Assembly (NCBI GenBank): GCA_050613775.1 | Contig: JBODTK010000142.1 | Span: 1 to 64,000, forward strand | DNA length: 64,000 nucleotides | Direction of reading: 5' to 3' | DNA from: Neocallimastix sp. 'constans' | Lineage: Eukaryota | Shown: piece by piece, positions 59,886 to 64,000 of the stretch | Numbering within the stretch: the first letter of the stretch is position 1 | Layout of the letters: every line of letters starts with the position of its first letter | Program-made: the position numbers and the translations under genes | The notes under the pieces: model-generated | What the model was told of the DNA's origin: nothing | Database searches by the model: none | What the model saw: the letters and a program-made list of their open reading frames with translations, nothing else

Positions 59886-62372
59886 TATATATATAAATAT
59901 ATATATATATTTATGATAATTATTAATTCCATTTAAATTTTTTTTTTTTATTTTTTATTTCTTATTAATTATAATATGATTTTTATTAACCTAAAAATGA
60001 TTAGATTCTGAATTAAATATTTAATATCATAAATATTTGATAAAGTTATAATTATTAAAAAAAATTTATATAAATTATAAGATTAATATTTAGATTAAAC
60101 AAATAAAATTATAAAAAATTATTTTAGAAGTGAATTAATAAGAAATATAAAATAATAATAATAATAATAATAATAATTATAATAATAAATAATAAATAAT
60201 AAATAATAAATAATAATAAATAGTAATAAATAATAATGAATAATAATAAATAGTAATAAATAATAATGAATAATAATAAATAGTAATAAATAATAATGAA
60301 TAATAATAAATAATAATAAATAAATAAAGGATAATAATAATTATTATAATAATATATAGATAATTTATTATTGTAAATTATTTATAAATAAAGGAACAAA
60401 AATATTAATAAAATTTTAAATTTTGAATTAAAGGAAAGAAATTAAATTAACTTAAAATAATAATAATAAATAATAATAAAATTTTTTTTTAAAAAGATTT
60501 AATATATTTAAATCTTAATTTTAAAATGCATGTATAAAATGGATAAAAGCTATTATGATTTTAATTATAAAATATGGAAGAACCATTTCATATATAAATA
60601 AATTTTCTATTTATATATAATCAGTACACATGATTATACTAATTTTATAGTATAGTTTAAAGTAGCATAATTATTCATGATTTGAATTATTACTAATAAT
60701 TTCACATTGAATATATATGCCTGAGTTTTTTTTATTGTATTTAATTTAAAGATTTTTTTATTAGGTATTTTTTTTTTTTTTTGTTACATTTAATTTAATA
60801 TATATATATATATATATTTTTTTTTACATCTTTAATAAAAAAAAAAAAAAAAAAAAAAGAATAAAAAAAGATAGAAACAAATAATAAAGTTTTTAAGCAT
60901 GTATCTAAAACTAGAAAAGACGTATATGATGATTTCTCACAAGTCCTTAAACAAAATTTACGATTAGTTCTGTTTTATTTTTATAAATTATTTACATAAT
61001 TTAAAAATTTTTATTTATAATAAATTTTTATTCTATGAATTCTAACATAAATCTATGATTAAATAATATATTATATTAAATAACTCTTATATTTTTCAAT
61101 ATAAAAATAATAAAAGGGCTATATATTAGTAATAATGATTGGATGATATTAAATAAATTGTGGCTGAATATATTATTAATATATTACATTATATATTATA
61201 TATTATATATAACAAGTAAAAAATTAATTTTTATAAAATATTATATAAAAATATATATATAATAAAATAAATAAATAAATAATAAATAATAGAGATTATT
61301 ACATTAATGTAAATAAAATTAATAAAAGTAATATACAATAAATATATACAATCTTATTGTTTCCATAATTTAATATATCATATCATATCATAAAATGAAC
61401 TAATAGTAAATTTTTTATTTAATAAAAGAAATTTTTAAAGTTTATTTATTTCCTTTATTTTTTTTTTTTTTTTAAAAAAATAAAAGAGAAATAATAAAAA
61501 GTAAATATATTTTGTATAATTATTTTATTATTAAGTTAATAAGTATTTATTATAAACCACTATTAAAGGAAAATAAATAAAATAAAAAAAAAAAAAAAAA
61601 AATGTACAGCATAAATGAATATAAAATTTATAAATTTATACATTAATAGATCAAAAATATAAATTATTGAAAGTAAACAAAAAATCAAATAGTATTAAAA
61701 TAAAGAAATAGTTAAAATGACAATGAAAAACTAATAAATAAATAAATAAAAATAAAATAAAAAACAAATAAAAATAAATTTAAACAAATAAACAAAAAAA
61801 AAAAAAAAAAAAAAAAAGGGAAAAGAATAAATAAATACAAAAAAGCAGATTAAATAAATGTTAATTATATTTATAAATAAACATAAATATTAAATGCAAA
61901 AACAAAAAACAAAAAACAAAAAGCAAAGAACAAAAAAATAAACAAAGAATAAATGAAGAATAAGCAAATAATAAACAAATAATAAGCAATAGTAAACAAA
62001 TAATAAACAATCTAATAAATAAATTAATAAATAAATAAAAGTAATAAATGAATGTTGGTATAAGTAACTAAATTATAATAAGAAATGATAAAAGTGTAGT
62101 TTGATTGCATTATAATAAAATCGATCTATTATTATATCTTTTTATATAATCAATTAATTAGTATATGAATAAAAATATACAGATTTATCAATAGGGAACA
62201 ATAAATTAAGATGAAAATTACATTTTGCATATAAAATAAACATTTTAAAAACTTTAAAAATTTTATAGAACAAAGATAATGTTAATGAGCTTAGTATTTT
62301 GAAAATAAAATAGTATGACTATTTATACTAACAATAATTCTTTTTTATTAATAAATTATCAATATTTAATAG

Positions 62373-63096
<724 letters not shown>

Positions 63097-64000
63097 ATTG
63101 ACTAATAAAAATTTGTAGTGATGATTAAATTAAAAATTTCATAAATACTTAGATTTTCTTAAGAAAATTTTGTTATTATATAAAAATATAATGTATTTAT
63201 TTTAAAAAAGATTAATACTTTTTTATTACAAAAAAAGAAGAAACAAAAAAGAAATAATAATATCTTTTAAAAAAAGAATAAAAAAATATATAAATTAAAA
63301 TAAATAAAATAATAATAAAAAAAAATAATAAAAAATCAGAAAAAAAATAAATATGTGTGTATGAATTGGTGAGCATTATTAGGAAGTACAATTAAAAGTA
63401 TATTTTAAAATAATTAAGATATGTTAATATATAATAGCTGATTATGTTTATTATTTTCATTTAGTTTTAATTAAAATAATTTTTTTGGTAAATGTTTAGT
63501 ATTATAAATTTTTAGTTATTAAGATTAGATTGATCTATACCAATGTAGAATATATTTTAATCTATTAATGATTGTTATTGAATATTAATTATACTGATCA
63601 AATATTCATCACGTGATGTCATTTTAATTATTTTCAAATTTGTGGATTCTGTATATTTTTTACCTTTTTTTATTTTAAAATTTAATAGATCATATTTTAT
63701 ATAATTAAAATGTCCATTACACAAAAAATTATATATTAATTAAAAAAAAAAAAGTACCCATAAAATGAATATTAAAACTAAAACTATAAAAGATGATTAT
63801 TATTATTATTATTATTATCATTATGTTGTTTTTATTTATAATTTAAAAAATATAACTAATTTAATCTACTTTTACATGATATTATTTATATTATTGTGAA
63901 AATATTTTGACAATTTATATAATATCTATTGAAATTATAGAAATTCAATTAAATAAATATTATATATCTAAATATTATTTTATTTATTTATTTATTTATT

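Noticed and set aside
60925..60975. C/D box snoRNA candidates (ATGATGA here and in the ARF 5' intron at ~9535)
   Set aside because: No properly placed CTGA D box or terminal stem.

Overview
Extremely AT-rich, intron-containing eukaryotic DNA. Base composition, long homopolymers, (AAT)n tracts and fungal-type proteins suggest an anaerobic gut fungus (Neocallimastigomycota); this is inference, not a search result. Genes I can reconstruct: the last two exons of an unidentified + strand gene (156-394), a 4-exon class I DAHP synthase (minus), three ARF1-type GTPase genes with identical exon structure (a tandem pair on minus, 8695-9408 and 15440-16153, and an older paralog on plus, 62379-63096), and a single-exon Q50 homeodomain transcription factor with a long Q/N-rich tail (30474-32000). 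The intervals 5.7-29.6 kb and 54.3-59.9 kb hold many decayed transposons: numerous 5'-truncated copies of a non-LTR (LINE-like) family, Ty1/copia and Ty3/gypsy relics, a MULE transposase relic and a MITE. Between them lies a ~22 kb stretch upstream of the homeobox gene with no recognisable gene or transposon. Most notable observations: a TSD-bounded LINE insertion carrying a second copy of its own 3' end at its 5' side (pseudo-LTR), conserved structured 3'-terminal motifs across the LINE family, an apparent gene-conversion tract over the tandem ARF pair, a perfect 104-bp palindrome, and a possible CpA->TpA (RIP-like) bias in the repeats. I found no rRNA, tRNA or CRISPR array, and nothing that proves a wholly new system.
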